From Candidatus Giovannonibacteria bacterium (GTDB lineage Bacteria > Patescibacteriota > Minisyncoccia > JACPKW01 > UBA11713): 64,000 bases of DNA. Shown one piece after another: positions 1-10,655 of this stretch (positions are counted from its first letter, which is position 1; every line of letters begins with the position of its first letter). The position numbers and the translations under genes were made by a program. The notes under the pieces are model-generated. The model was not told the DNA's origin, did no database searches, and saw only the letters and a list, made by a program, of their open reading frames with translations. The stretch spans positions 66,025 through 130,024 of the forward strand of contig JACPKW010000005.1 in assembly GCA_016186825.1 (NCBI GenBank). The letters run 5' to 3'.

Positions 1-859
1 CTATGCCGTCATCATGTGTTTTCAAAATACTTCCTGCGGCAATCGGTGTCAGAACAACAATGAGTGAAACAAATATTGACTCATCAAAAACTTTTAATTG
101 ATAATTCAAAAAAATAATCAGCGGGAAGATAAGAACTGTAATTAAATTTCCAACCCAATCGCCTTTTTGCCAGACGTATCCGTGCGCAAGTAAATGCATA
201 TGTCTCTGAATATTTCTTCTGCGCTCTGGCCAGCTTTGATGTTTTGCTTGCATAGGCATAAGCATAATCACATACCAAACATTTGAAATTATATAGAGAA
301 ATGCGGCGCCGGCGAGAATGAAACTCAGCAAAGATGACTCTCGATTTCCCGAAGATCCAAAAAAGATTTGATAAAAATCTCCGAAGGCAAAATGCATTAA
401 GCCGATTGCGATTACGATAAGCGAAAACCAAACGTAAAAAAATACCTGCCAATTGAAGGATGCGTCAATTCCCGAAAAGCCGTTTATTAATGTAATTAAT
501 GTCGGGATTAAAAACAGCCCGAAAAGAAAATATGAAAAACCAAATCTGTCGTAGATCAAATATAGTAAAAGAATATTGAAAATTAAAATTGTTCGAGCGC
601 CGATACGAGAGATCAGGCGATGGCGAAAAATTCCAGTGAAAAAGGATGCCCCGAGCAAAACTGTCAAAAATAAATGGAAACTTAAATTGTACTCATTCAA
701 ATTTTCACTCCTTGCGGGGATCATTCCTAAAAGTCCGCCTCCAAAAGCAATTAAAAAACCTTTCCAATCTTCTTTTTTTAAAGTCCCGCTGAGCATCAGA
801 AAGGCCTGAATAACCATTCCTATTGCGAACAAGAGCACTCCAAATAAATTAACATCCAT
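1..859 (-). CDS. Multi-pass membrane protein, hypothetical (runs off window start)
   Basis: Manually translated open frame from ATG at 859 (MDVNLFGVLLFAIGMVIQAFLML...) to the window edge; many hydrophobic segments. Confidence 0.7.
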   Translation of the reverse strand, partial: MDVNLFGVLLFAIGMVIQAFLMLSGTLKKEDWKGFLIAFGGGLLGMIPARSENLNEYNLSFHLFLTVLLGASFFTGIFRHRLISRIGARTILIFNILLLYLIYDRFGFSYFLFGLFLIPTLITLINGFSGIDASFNWQVFFYVWFSLIVIAIGLMHFAFGDFYQIFFGSSGNRESSLLSFILAGAAFLYIISNVWYVIMLMPMQAKHQSWPERRRNIQRHMHLLAHGYVWQKGDWVGNLITVLIFPLIIFLNYQLKVFDESIFVSLIVVLTPIAAGSILKTHDDGI

Positions 860-963
860 GCCTAAATTATAGCATTTTTTCGGGAATTTTCAAATTTTTT
901 TATCCATAAAAATGAGTGGCGATCGCAATTCATTCCGCTGCTTTTTGTCTTGAAAAAATGAAA

Positions 964-992
964 AGCCCGCGCGGTTGTGACCGGCGCGGGCT
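964..992 (-). terminator. GC-rich hairpin, probable intrinsic terminator
   Basis: AGCCCGCGC...GCGCGGGCT with T-run on minus strand, downstream of ORF 1023-1448. Confidence 0.55.
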
Positions 993-1022
993 GTGTTTCG
1001 TTCGAAACCCGTCCTCAAACGG

Positions 1023-1448
1023 TTACGGAAAAATGGGACGGATAGACTTGGTCTCGCAAATCTCATTAACAATCGCTTGTAGTGAGACGTGCCTGCAGCA
1101 GGCGTGAAGCGAGAGTTCCTGAATCAAGCGCCGCGAGCGCCAAGCGAAACTCGCAACCGCTGGATCGTAATCGAAAAGGTCATTGAGCTCTATCGTAATA
1201 TCTTCAGGCAAGGCTTTATAAATTTGCCTTAAAAAGTTAGGCCCTCTGTGAAGATTTTTTTTAATCGTTTCATCTATGCAGGACCTACAAGTCGTTCCGA
1301 TTGGCCAATATTCGGAGTGGCCAATTCGATGTAGTTCACAATAAACTCCATTCGCCCTTGCACAAGAGATGCAGCTAAATGGACCACCGCCTGAAACATT
1401 AAGCAAAACAACGCAATCAGGATTAGCTCCACAAAATCTGCAATTCAT
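1023..1448 (-). CDS. Cys-rich hypothetical protein (putative Zn-binding)
   Basis: CxxC motifs (CRFC, CISC, CRSC) and CxxH; strong SD AAGGAGGAG upstream. Confidence 0.65.
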   Translation of the reverse strand: MNCRFCGANPDCVVLLNVSGGGPFSCISCARANGVYCELHRIGHSEYWPIGTTCRSCIDETIKKNLHRGPNFLRQIYKALPEDITIELNDLFDYDPAVASFAWRSRRLIQELSLHACCRHVSLQAIVNEICETKSIRPIFP

Positions 1449-1650
1449 CGCTCCTCCTTACTTTTGAAAGCTCGCCAATAATTAAAATCTTAAGGCAACT
1501 AACTCAAAAAGAATTCTCTATCATAAGAAGCCGAAAGTCAATCAAAAAACATTCGAGGGGAACTGCGCTATACGGTTCCGCTCATTAGGACAATGGTAAA
1601 AGATGAGATTTTTTGCTAAAATTTTATTATAATGGGATTGCTTATTTCTG

Positions 1651-3192
1651 ATGGGAATTTTCCGTTCAAAAACTAAATTAAAGATATTGTTCATCACTTC
1701 CGAAGAAACCCCTTTTGCGAAAGCGGGCGGATTGGGCGAGGTAATGTTTTCATTGCCGAGAGCTCTGCGCGATCTCGGACACGACGCTAGAGTAATGACC
1801 CCACGCTACGCCGGAATTGAAGTTCGTTCCGGTTTGGATAATTTTAAATTGGCTTACGAAGATCTGACTGTTCCTACTGCTCCGGAAAATAAAGGCAAGG
1901 AACTTTTATGCAACGTCTGGCGGTATGATCCGAACAGCGACCAAAAAAGCCCCGTCACATCATACTTTCTTGAAAATCAAGAATACTACGAACTACGCTC
2001 CAATGTTTATGGGTATGTAGATGACGCGCTCCGTTTTGCCTTATTGTCTCGGGGATGCCTTGAATTCCTAAACAGCTCGCAGGATTGGCTTCCTGATATA
2101 ATAGTCGCCTCTGACTGGATGACTGGATTTCTGCCGAATTTTTTAAAGACCGACTACAAAGAATACGTCCGCCTAAGTTCGATAACGACTGTTTTTTCTA
2201 TACATAACATTGCCATGCAGGGAATTAAACATAAGTATGTGGCGGAAATGGATCGGGACGACGGGCATGGACCGATTCCAGATTTTTTCAGCCCGAGAAT
2301 GAAAAAAATAAACGCCTTAAGGAGAGGCATAATGCATGCGAATGTTATTAATACAGTCTCTCCCACTTACGCGCAGGAAATTATGACTGAAGAATTCGGA
2401 GAGGGGCTCGACGCGCTTCTTCGCGAGAGGCGTTCAAGAGTATACGGAATTCTGAATGGAATTGACTATGACACAAATAATCCCGCCGAAGATCCTTTTT
2501 TGGAGAAAAAATTTGATGCAAATTTTAATGATGAAAGGGTCGAAAACAAAGTAGCGCTTCAAAAACGCTTTGGGCTTTCAGAAAACAAAAATGTTTTTGT
2601 TGCGGGGATAGTTTCGCGCCTAACAAAACAGAAAGGCTTCGATCTTTTGAAAGAAGCAATGGATCACTTTTTAAAAATTTCAGGCGCCCAGCTTATCGTA
2701 GTCGGATCGGGAGAAACGACATATATGGACTATTTCCAGGCGCTTGAGAAAAAATTTCCAGACCAAGTTCGCGCGCATATGCAATTCGACGAAAGCATGC
2801 CGCATCTTGTATATGGCGGGGCGGACGTGGCGCTCATACCTTCTTATTTTGAACCGTCCGGGTTGACGCAAATGGAAGCAATGCGTTTTGGGGCGATTCC
2901 AGTCGCGCGCAAAATAGGCGGGCTCGCGGACTCAATCAAAGATTACTCGCCCGAAAAAGACGAGGGAGACGGATTTTTGTTTGAAGATTTTGATTCAATT
3001 TCTTTTCTAATGGCTTTGACTCGCTCGTATGTTAACTGGCGCCACCATGACAGCTGGAAGCGGATGCAAAAACGCGCCATGCAAAAAGATTTTTCGTGGA
3101 TTAGGTCGGCGAAAGAGTATGAAAAAGTTTTCAATCGAGCCATAGAAATTCATAAAGAAGACTCGGAAAAAATCGAAACTCCGGTAAACTAA
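1651..3192 (+). CDS. glgA: Glycogen synthase (GT5)
   Basis: KAGGLGEV motif, VSPTYAQEI, GILNGID, PSYFEPSGLTQMEAM. Confidence 0.93.
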   Translation: MGIFRSKTKLKILFITSEETPFAKAGGLGEVMFSLPRALRDLGHDARVMTPRYAGIEVRSGLDNFKLAYEDLTVPTAPENKGKELLCNVWRYDPNSDQKSPVTSYFLENQEYYELRSNVYGYVDDALRFALLSRGCLEFLNSSQDWLPDIIVASDWMTGFLPNFLKTDYKEYVRLSSITTVFSIHNIAMQGIKHKYVAEMDRDDGHGPIPDFFSPRMKKINALRRGIMHANVINTVSPTYAQEIMTEEFGEGLDALLRERRSRVYGILNGIDYDTNNPAEDPFLEKKFDANFNDERVENKVALQKRFGLSENKNVFVAGIVSRLTKQKGFDLLKEAMDHFLKISGAQLIVVGSGETTYMDYFQALEKKFPDQVRAHMQFDESMPHLVYGGADVALIPSYFEPSGLTQMEAMRFGAIPVARKIGGLADSIKDYSPEKDEGDGFLFEDFDSISFLMALTRSYVNWRHHDSWKRMQKRAMQKDFSWIRSAKEYEKVFNRAIEIHKEDSEKIETPVN

Positions 3193-3217
3193 AAAAGCGG
3201 GCTTGCCCCGCTTTTTT
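3192..3217. terminator. Bidirectional intrinsic terminator
   Basis: AAAAAAGCGGG-CTTGC-CCCGCTTTTTT between convergent genes. Confidence 0.8.
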
Positions 3218-3236
3218 AGTTTCTAATTTACAAGTG

Positions 3237-5156
3237 TTAGGGAGTAATTTCACGCACGCTCATTTTTTTATAGATGAGCCCATTCGTTCCAACATTGTCG
3301 CTTCTCCAATAAACGGAGATGTTAGGTTTTCCTGATTCTGTGCCGGGACGTGCGTCCGAATTCGTCAGACGGAGCGCCGGATCAATTCCGGATTTGCAAG
3401 CTGTTCCGCCAATGCCGAAGTTAGAACCATTATCAATCAACTCGTTTATTTTTCGCCATGTTCCGCCATTTGCGCCGTCGGTTTCATCGAGCCACAATTC
3501 GAGTTTTACATTTCCGTCCGGCATATCATAGACAACATATTTGTATCCGATCCAAACGCTTTTTGGAAGTCCGGAAGACCATTGCGTTTTATTTAATGTC
3601 GGGCGCGAATTCGGATGGCTTGTTTCTTTCTCGAAGTCGATATGTCCGTCATAGCGCATCCGCGCCCCGATTCCCCGTGTATCGCAAAGATTCGCGGTCT
3701 CGCTTCCGGTTATTCCGTGGTTCGTTCGCGCGATCCCAACGATTCCGCCGTAAGCCGTTCCTCTGTCGGCAATACGTTTTGCATAAACGGTCATCTCAAC
3801 ATTGCGCCAGCTTGAGACTTTTGCGGGATCATGAATGTACATCCGCGGAACGGATCCGGATATTTTGAAAAGACCTTGGCCATCCACGCTGTAGAACGCA
3901 TTGCCATGATTTGCATCAAACCAGGAATCGTAAGGATCAACGCCGGTGAAATTTCTTACAATACCGTTATCCCATTTCGATACCCATTCCTTCCCACCCG
4001 AAATGGTTGGATATAATCTTTTAATTCCGAATTTGTCTGTCGCAGTTGAAGTTACTGGTTCCGGAGCAGGCGCGGAAATCAGAGTTGCCACGGGAGTCAC
4101 GGAGATATTGCAGACCCAATGAGATCCGCTCGAAGCGTAGAGATTTATTTTTGAGAGACTCGTTACATTAGCCTGTTCCGTTCTGAAAGCATAACCTAGC
4201 CCGAGAGTTTTTTCAGTTGATCCGGGAGAGGTTACGTATATATCGTAGAGGTGATTAGGAATATCCACGACAAGACGAAACTTGTACGAATTTCCGGCAG
4301 AGTAACTTATAACTTGAGACGCTTTGTAGGTTGAGCCGGAGCGCGCATCAATTTTTCCTAAGTTGTTGAAGCGAACGATTGCAGCCATATCTGGATAATC
4401 AGAGACAACCCCGCTCGAAAGTCCTGTAACGCCGTCCATGTAATTTGATTTCGGGGTGCTGTCGAAAGTCAATACAAATTTTCCCGTTTGCGTAGAGATA
4501 GTGTTTGCTTGCCAGCTTGAAGCGCTCGAGACAGTGCATGAAGTTCCTGCATCACTCGAAACCAAAGCGAGCGAGGGATCCGAAACTGTCGAGACTGTTT
4601 GAGTAACTTCAGACCCAACCGCTAAATTGCAAACTGCATGGCCGCCGCTTGAAGCAAAGACATTTACTTTAGAAAGGCTCGTTATATTAGCTTGTTCCGT
4701 TCTGAATGAATAATCGAGGCCGACAGTTTTTTCATCCGAATTCGGCGGCGTAACATAAATGTCATAGAGATGATTTGCTAAATCAACTTCAAGACGGAAT
4801 TTATACGTGTTCCCCGCAAAATACGGGAGCGCATTTGCTGCGCCGTAGGTTGAGCCGGAACGCGCATCAATATTGCCGGAAGCGTTGAAACGCACAATCG
4901 CAGCGAGATCCGTGTAGTCGGAAGCGGGCAAATTCGATAATCCCGTAATGGCATCGATATTATTTGCGCTGGGAGTGGCGTCGAACACGACAGTAAATTT
5001 ACCCGTCTCGGTAGCAAAAGACTGCGCCTGCCAACTCGATTTGGAATCAAGACAGGAGTTATCCGCTGCGGATAATTTTTGATTTAGATTTGTGAAAGTG
5101 CTGAATAAAAGAATTAATGTTAATAATGATACAGATGATTTTTTTACGATTTCCAT
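3237..5156 (-). CDS. Secreted protein with two tandem beta-rich repeats and a C-terminal putative carbohydrate-active domain
   Basis: Signal peptide; duplicated ~170 aa module ([17 protein letters not shown]...[16 protein letters not shown]...FRTEQAN.TSLSK). Confidence 0.75.
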   Translation of the reverse strand: MEIVKKSSVSLLTLILLFSTFTNLNQKLSAADNSCLDSKSSWQAQSFATETGKFTVVFDATPSANNIDAITGLSNLPASDYTDLAAIVRFNASGNIDARSGSTYGAANALPYFAGNTYKFRLEVDLANHLYDIYVTPPNSDEKTVGLDYSFRTEQANITSLSKVNVFASSGGHAVCNLAVGSEVTQTVSTVSDPSLALVSSDAGTSCTVSSASSWQANTISTQTGKFVLTFDSTPKSNYMDGVTGLSSGVVSDYPDMAAIVRFNNLGKIDARSGSTYKASQVISYSAGNSYKFRLVVDIPNHLYDIYVTSPGSTEKTLGLGYAFRTEQANVTSLSKINLYASSGSHWVCNISVTPVATLISAPAPEPVTSTATDKFGIKRLYPTISGGKEWVSKWDNGIVRNFTGVDPYDSWFDANHGNAFYSVDGQGLFKISGSVPRMYIHDPAKVSSWRNVEMTVYAKRIADRGTAYGGIVGIARTNHGITGSETANLCDTRGIGARMRYDGHIDFEKETSHPNSRPTLNKTQWSSGLPKSVWIGYKYVVYDMPDGNVKLELWLDETDGANGGTWRKINELIDNGSNFGIGGTACKSGIDPALRLTNSDARPGTESGKPNISVYWRSDNVGTNGLIYKKMSVREITP

Positions 5157-5426
5157 CGAACAATTTCTAATTCTGAATTAAGCAAGCCCTGACATTCTGA
5201 ATTAATCAAGACATTTACATCTTAATGAATTAGTGTCGAAGACGCTCTAGGTGCTCGAAATTGCTTACCAATTCTTTGTTTAAAGATAATAGAATTACAG
5301 CTTACGACCGAGCATAAGTTTAACAGCACGAACTGAATTGTCTTGTGGAAAACTCGTTAAAAACATTTTGACAAAAATAATTTTTAAAATTATAAAAAAT
5401 TCGGAAATTTTTCTAAAAAACGGGTC

Positions 5427-6197
5427 TCATTCCACAAGGATTGAACCGGACATTATTTCGGCATGTGCTGAACAGTGATAAGTATATATTCCCGATTCGT
5501 CGAAAACTAAACTAAAGCGATCTCCTATTTTAAGCAATCTGGAATTTTGCTCGGAATAATAAGTGTGGGCGGGATGAGAATCAGTGTTTACGTAATGTCC
5601 TTCGCTGTCATCATTAATCCAAGTAATTTTGGTTCCCTTGCTTGCGCGGATATTGTTTGGATTAAACTGGATATTCGACATTTTAATTTCAACTTCTGCC
5701 TTTCCGCGCTCATCTTTAAAACTTTCAGCCTTAGCACGATCCAGCGCGAACTGAAATTTTCCATCATGGCAGCTCCCATCCGGCCAGCACGCCTTGTATT
5801 CAACCGTGTAAAGCCCGTCTGGAGAATCCGCTTTCATTTTCCTTCTCATGGCGAGCTTGTTTTGGTCGATTGTAGTTTCGCCGAATCCATAATCTTTGCC
5901 GCTTTTGAGAATTCTTATTTCAGAAGATTTCGCGAGATCAAAATTAAAATCAATTACGATATTAACCGGAACACCCGCTAAAGTTGATCCGTGTGCAGGC
6001 GTATTAGATTCGTAATGCGCGCTTTTTTTGGGATTCGAAAAATTTATTTCGGAAGCACTATCCCCAGAAGGAGTTTGATTATTATTTTGATCATCCAAAG
6101 CTTTGTCGATATTTTCTTGACTCTGGTTGAAAAAGTAAAAACCGCCAAGAGCGAGAAGAATTACGAGTAGAACGGCAGAAATAATATATTTTTTCAT
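5427..6197 (-). CDS. CopC-like plus cupredoxin (plastocyanin-like) fusion protein
   Basis: N-terminal TM; AHYESNTPAHG...YTVEYKACWPDG (CopC-like); C-terminal YHCSAH...M type-1 Cu motif. Confidence 0.8.
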   Translation of the reverse strand: MKKYIISAVLLVILLALGGFYFFNQSQENIDKALDDQNNNQTPSGDSASEINFSNPKKSAHYESNTPAHGSTLAGVPVNIVIDFNFDLAKSSEIRILKSGKDYGFGETTIDQNKLAMRRKMKADSPDGLYTVEYKACWPDGSCHDGKFQFALDRAKAESFKDERGKAEVEIKMSNIQFNPNNIRASKGTKITWINDDSEGHYVNTDSHPAHTYYSEQNSRLLKIGDRFSLVFDESGIYTYHCSAHAEIMSGSILVE

Positions 6198-6234
6198 ACA
6201 TTAAATAACTAGCGTGGATGAAAAACGGTCTTGA

Positions 6235-7011
6235 TTAAGAAATCTTTTCCGATCCGCTTTGTTTCGATTTTTTAACAAATCCCGTGAACGCCTGCAAAAC
6301 TTCCAAAGGCACCGTAAATACGATGGTATTCGACTGGTCCGAAGAAATATCGTTTATGGCCTGCAGTGTTCTTAAATGAAGCGCTCCTTCAGAAGCGGCC
6401 AATGTACCGGCTGCGCGCGCGATATTTTGGGATGCCGCGAGTTCCCCTTCGGATGTAATAATAACGGCTCTTTTTTCACGCTCCGCTTCCGCTTGCTTCG
6501 CAATTGTTCGTTCCATAGTTCCCGGTAATTTTATATCTTTTAATTCAACATTGTTAACTTTGAGCCCCCAGGCGTCAGTTTCTTTATCAACTATTTCTTT
6601 GATGCGGTTTGCAATCGTCTCGCGCCCGCTCAAAAGTTCGTCCAAAGTAACTTCGCCGACGATATTTCGCATGGTCGTTTGCGCGTATTGTGAAATCGCG
6701 TAGAAAAAATTTTCAACTTCGAGAATCGCCTTTTCTGCAGAGGACACCCTATAATAAATGACCGCGTTCACGGCTACCGAAACGTTGTCTTTCGTAATCG
6801 CATTCTGATCGGGAACATCAACGGCTTTCACGCGCATGTCGACGGATTTATAAAATTGAAAAATCGGAAAAACCAAACGCCAACCGGGGTCCATGATCCC
6901 AGTGTATTTTCCGAATGTGAATTTCACGCCGCGCTCATACTGATTAATCTGCTTGATGCTGACAAGAATAATTACAATTACGGCTATTCCCGAAATATAA
7001 TAGATTTCCAT
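6235..7011 (-). CDS. SPFH/band 7 (slipin) protein
   Basis: YERGVKF, ITKDNVSV.VNAV, QAEAEREKRA motifs. Confidence 0.92.
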   Translation of the reverse strand: MEIYYISGIAVIVIILVSIKQINQYERGVKFTFGKYTGIMDPGWRLVFPIFQFYKSVDMRVKAVDVPDQNAITKDNVSVAVNAVIYYRVSSAEKAILEVENFFYAISQYAQTTMRNIVGEVTLDELLSGRETIANRIKEIVDKETDAWGLKVNNVELKDIKLPGTMERTIAKQAEAEREKRAVIITSEGELAASQNIARAAGTLAASEGALHLRTLQAINDISSDQSNTIVFTVPLEVLQAFTGFVKKSKQSGSEKIS

Positions 7012-7073
7012 ATTCCGAGTATATCTCCAGACTATTAAATTGTCTAATTGTCAACAATAGCTAAGCCACCGTT

Positions 7074-7556
7074 TCAATCTGCGGCTTTTTTCAATTGATC
7101 AATATCAATTTTTTTCATCTGAAGCATAGCTTTCGAAACTCTTTTGGCTTTTTCAGGATCCGGATCGCTCATAAGCTCGCCTAAAATTGCCGGAACAATT
7201 TGCCAGGAAAGTCCGAATTTGTCCTTCAGCCACCCGCACTGCTCCGCCTCTTTCACCGCAGAAAGTTTTTCCCAGAAATAATCTATGTCTTTCTGCGAGT
7301 CACAATTTACAACAAAAGATATTGATTCGTTGAATTTGAAAACGGGGCCGCCATTAAATGCAAGAAATTGCTGCCCTTCAATTTCGAAGGGAATTACCAA
7401 CGCAGATCCAACGGGCATTTTGGCCGCCTTCGCAATTTCTTCGTCATAGTAAGTTACCTTGCCTTTTTTTGAATTTTTAAAAATAGAAATGTAAAAATTC
7501 ACCGCCTCCTCGGCATTATCGTCAAACCACAAAAATGGAGTAATTTTTTGTTGCAT
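7074..7556 (-). CDS. VOC family protein (PhnB/3-dmu-9 3-mt like)
   Basis: KITPFLWFD..AEEA, CGWLKDKFGLSWQIVP. Confidence 0.92.
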   Translation of the reverse strand: MQQKITPFLWFDDNAEEAVNFYISIFKNSKKGKVTYYDEEIAKAAKMPVGSALVIPFEIEGQQFLAFNGGPVFKFNESISFVVNCDSQKDIDYFWEKLSAVKEAEQCGWLKDKFGLSWQIVPAILGELMSDPDPEKAKRVSKAMLQMKKIDIDQLKKAAD

Positions 7557-7696
7557 ATAAATATTCTTAACTATAAATATGCAAAAAAAGTTTTTCTTCG
7601 CATTTGCATAAATTGAAAAGAAGCCCGCCTAAGTATAGAACATAAGCGGGCCAACTTTTTAAATTTTTTATCATCTTACGGAGAAACCGTCTTGAG

Positions 7697-9007
7697 TTAG
7701 AACTGATATTTTCGCGGAAAATAGAGCAAGTCTTTAGTAAGCAAAACTGGCATATCCGGAACTGTGCCCTTAATTTCCTTCGCCTGCTCAAGCGCGACAG
7801 TCCCAGGAGGCGGCCTTTCGGGTGTTAACTTACTCCCCAGTGGAATGTGGAGATTTTTTTCGATGATAACGCGGTCTAGTGTAGAGCCCGCTCCGACTTC
7901 GACGCCGTCAAACAGAACCGAGTTTGTGATAAAGCTGCCGGCACCGATTATACATCTGCTAATGACGCTGTGGCTTACAAAAATATTATCCTGAAAGATC
8001 GACCCGAATGAGAGCACCTCGTTGCAGGTAATATTATCTGCTTTCGTCGGAAATGCGGCGGCTTGCGTTACGCCGAAAAGCGGCCACTTTTCGGAAAACA
8101 TATCAAAGATGGGGTTTCGGCGGCACACTTCCATCTGCGCCGCATACCAGCTTTCAAGCGTTCCGACGTCCCGCCAATATCCGCGGCCTTGCGCTGTCAT
8201 ACCGGGATACTCGTTATCCACAAGGTTATAGCCAATCAGACTTTTTTCATGATGTATCAGCCACTGTAAACCCGCACTGCTTAACTTTTGAGCGGGATCT
8301 TTCGCGCGCAGTTTCTCAAGGTAGCCAAGCATTCCAAAAAACTCTTCCGATCTGATGACATACATCGCCAGATTAGCCAGGCAATAACCCGGCCGATCCG
8401 CGAGTTCCAATGGCTTCTCTGGTTTTTCTATGAGGTCGGCAACATTGCCATGTCTGTCCAATTCTAATACGCCAAAGTTATTTTTTGCCTCATTAACAGG
8501 TACAGCTTTATAAACCAGGAGAGCGCACGCTCCAGATTGAAATAGTTTTAACACCATCTGGCGATAATCACACTTAACTATTTGATCGCCCATCGCAATG
8601 ATGACGACGGCAGGGTTTTCATCTTCAAAGTATCGGCGCAATTGCAAGAGCGAATCTGCATCACTCTGGAAAAACCCGTTGGCTTCATGCAATGGCGGCG
8701 TCAAGTGACGAATAAAGTGACCGCGCTGGTGCCCGAGCGTTCCGCCGAACGCATCGCCCACATGTCTCATCAAAGATTGCGGGCGGTACTGGACTGCCAA
8801 AAAAATCCTGGAGCACCATGAATTGATAAGATTTGAGAGCTGAAAATCGACGAGGCGATATTTGGCGCCGAAAAAAAGCGCTGGTTTCGCGCGCTCGCTC
8901 GTCAACGGCCATAATCTTGTCCCAGATCCTCCAGCCAGAACAACTCCCAGAACATTTTCCATATTGACAACAAGAAAATCTTCCTTATTCATAATGTTTT
9001 GCGTCAT
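7697..9007 (-). CDS. glgC: Glucose-1-phosphate adenylyltransferase (divergent)
   Basis: LAGGSGTRLWPLT.ERAKPA.FFG.KYRLVDF.LSN, EKP, YWRDVGTL, C-terminal beta-helix. Confidence 0.82.
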   Translation of the reverse strand: MTQNIMNKEDFLVVNMENVLGVVLAGGSGTRLWPLTSERAKPALFFGAKYRLVDFQLSNLINSWCSRIFLAVQYRPQSLMRHVGDAFGGTLGHQRGHFIRHLTPPLHEANGFFQSDADSLLQLRRYFEDENPAVVIIAMGDQIVKCDYRQMVLKLFQSGACALLVYKAVPVNEAKNNFGVLELDRHGNVADLIEKPEKPLELADRPGYCLANLAMYVIRSEEFFGMLGYLEKLRAKDPAQKLSSAGLQWLIHHEKSLIGYNLVDNEYPGMTAQGRGYWRDVGTLESWYAAQMEVCRRNPIFDMFSEKWPLFGVTQAAAFPTKADNITCNEVLSFGSIFQDNIFVSHSVISRCIIGAGSFITNSVLFDGVEVGAGSTLDRVIIEKNLHIPLGSKLTPERPPPGTVALEQAKEIKGTVPDMPVLLTKDLLYFPRKYQF

Positions 9008-9180
9008 TCTTTCCTCCTTCGCCTTGGATATGTTTTTAACGATCCCAGCCGTTTATATCTAATCCCATATTTATAACGCTTCACAGCAAAACAAGTTCAC
9101 GCTTAAAAAGCTTTTCATAAAATCAAAAGCAGTGAAGATTTCGTCAGAAAACATCTAAAAAAGCTGTTATAAAAGCGGCT

Positions 9181-9318
9181 TTAAATTTTTCTATATTTCC
9201 GCTTTCGATTTAACGCTTTCGCTTCGAGCATGAGGCGTTTAACCTCGAGCCTCTTTTTTGTTTTGTGAGAATGTTTTGATTTTTTATACGGTCTAAGGCC
9301 GGTAGCTCTTTTTGCCAT
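9181..9318 (-). CDS. Small highly basic protein (45 aa)
   Basis: MAKRATGLRPYKKSKHSHKTKKRLEVKR...; ATG at 9318. Confidence 0.55.
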   Translation of the reverse strand: MAKRATGLRPYKKSKHSHKTKKRLEVKRLMLEAKALNRKRKYRKI

Positions 9319-9358
9319 GAAATAATGATAATGAATAAAATGTATAGTTGGCGGCAGT

Positions 9359-9730
9359 TTATTTTTCGTCGTAATCAAAAAAAACGCATTCTATATTATG
9401 CCCGTCGGGATCAAAAACAAACGCGGCATAATATCCCGGCCAATATTCCTTTCGATACCCGGGCGAGCCGTTGTCTTTGGCGCCCGCTTCAAGCGCCGCT
9501 TTGTAAAATGCGGCCACTTCCGCTTTATTTTTCGCTTCGAAGGCGACGTGCGACTTTATGACCCCATTCTTATTTGTTCCAATCCAAAAATCAGTGTTTT
9601 TGCCGTCGTTGAAGCCGGCGGATTCTCCAAACTCCATATTTTGCGTATACCCCAGCGGCTTTAAGGCTTTGATGTAAAATTCTTTCGATCTCTTATAATC
9701 ACTGACTGAAATTGTTGTATGCGCAATCAT
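9359..9730 (-). CDS. VOC/glyoxalase family protein
   Basis: HTTISVSD, HVAFEA, YYAAFVFDPDGHNIE. Confidence 0.92.
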   Translation of the reverse strand: MIAHTTISVSDYKRSKEFYIKALKPLGYTQNMEFGESAGFNDGKNTDFWIGTNKNGVIKSHVAFEAKNKAEVAAFYKAALEAGAKDNGSPGYRKEYWPGYYAAFVFDPDGHNIECVFFDYDEK

Positions 9731-9855
9731 AATTAAATATTAAAACAAAGCTAAATGGCGATTTGTTTTCGATAAATATAGTTTTGCATAAAAATAAGTA
9801 GCCCGCCAGGAGATTCTCCCGACGGGCTCTTACGTTAAGGCCCTGTTGGCACTTG

Positions 9856-10230
9856 TCAAACGCGCCCCTTGGGTTGGCGATCCCGACAAAGTGCTTGCCA
9901 CTGAAACTCGCTTGTAACTTGTTGCCAGAGATGAAAAAAAGTATTCGATTGCCACCACCTTCTTCCATCCTTTGGACATGTATAAAGTATGGTATTGACG
10001 GTGCCTCCTAATGGCACGGCCGGTTTTTGGTCATAACTTCTGCGAAGCGAATTACAATTCTCGCAATCGCTGACACATGGAGCGAGAGTCAATTCCGCTT
10101 CCGCTTCGGAAATCTCAAATGCGTGAGCGTATGTTATGCACCTCTGGCACTTAACCATGAAGCGGCCGTTGATGTCCTTGCCAACGATTTCAGTCAACTT
10201 ATGAGGCCCAATTTGTTTCACTTCACTCAT
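9856..10230 (-). CDS. Cys-rich hypothetical protein
   Basis: CQRC, CENC, CPKD motifs; SD AAGGAG. Confidence 0.6.
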   Translation of the reverse strand: MSEVKQIGPHKLTEIVGKDINGRFMVKCQRCITYAHAFEISEAEAELTLAPCVSDCENCNSLRRSYDQKPAVPLGGTVNTILYTCPKDGRRWWQSNTFFHLWQQVTSEFQWQALCRDRQPKGRV

Positions 10231-10242
10231 GATATGTACTCC

Positions 10243-10449
10243 TTATATTCTCTCCAGCGCCTCTTTTATTTTTATCGCCACATGCGGGCGATGTTTTTCA
10301 TAAAGAGCAAAAATCCCTTCCTTAATATCTTTCCGGCACATCTTCGTAAATTCGTAATATTCTATCTCGGCGCTTTCGTCCGAGAATGCGGGGTTCGTGA
10401 GCTCCATTTCGAAGTAGTTCAGAAACTTTACTTTGGTTAGGTCTTCCAT
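10243..10449 (-). CDS. Hypothetical protein
   Basis: 68 aa ORF with SD AAGGAGG, probably co-transcribed with 9856-10230. Confidence 0.6.
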   Translation of the reverse strand: MEDLTKVKFLNYFEMELTNPAFSDESAEIEYYEFTKMCRKDIKEGIFALYEKHRPHVAIKIKEALERI

Positions 10450-10655
10450 AAAGCCTCCTTGTTAAATTGTCTGCCGGGAACGTTACAAAATTGAAACTAG
10501 CATATGCAAAATACTAAATCAAGAATTCTGACGTTCTATCGGGGTTAAAAAATTTGCATTAAAAAATAGGCGTAAAATAGAAGCTCCGAGCTATGCGAGC
10601 GACAGTTTTTTGATGTTTGTTACATATCCTTTCATATTTATATTTTAAAAGCTAA

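Noticed and set aside
5160-5420. Long leader upstream of the secreted protein; possible riboswitch
   Set aside because: No recognisable aptamer consensus by eye; needs an Rfam scan.
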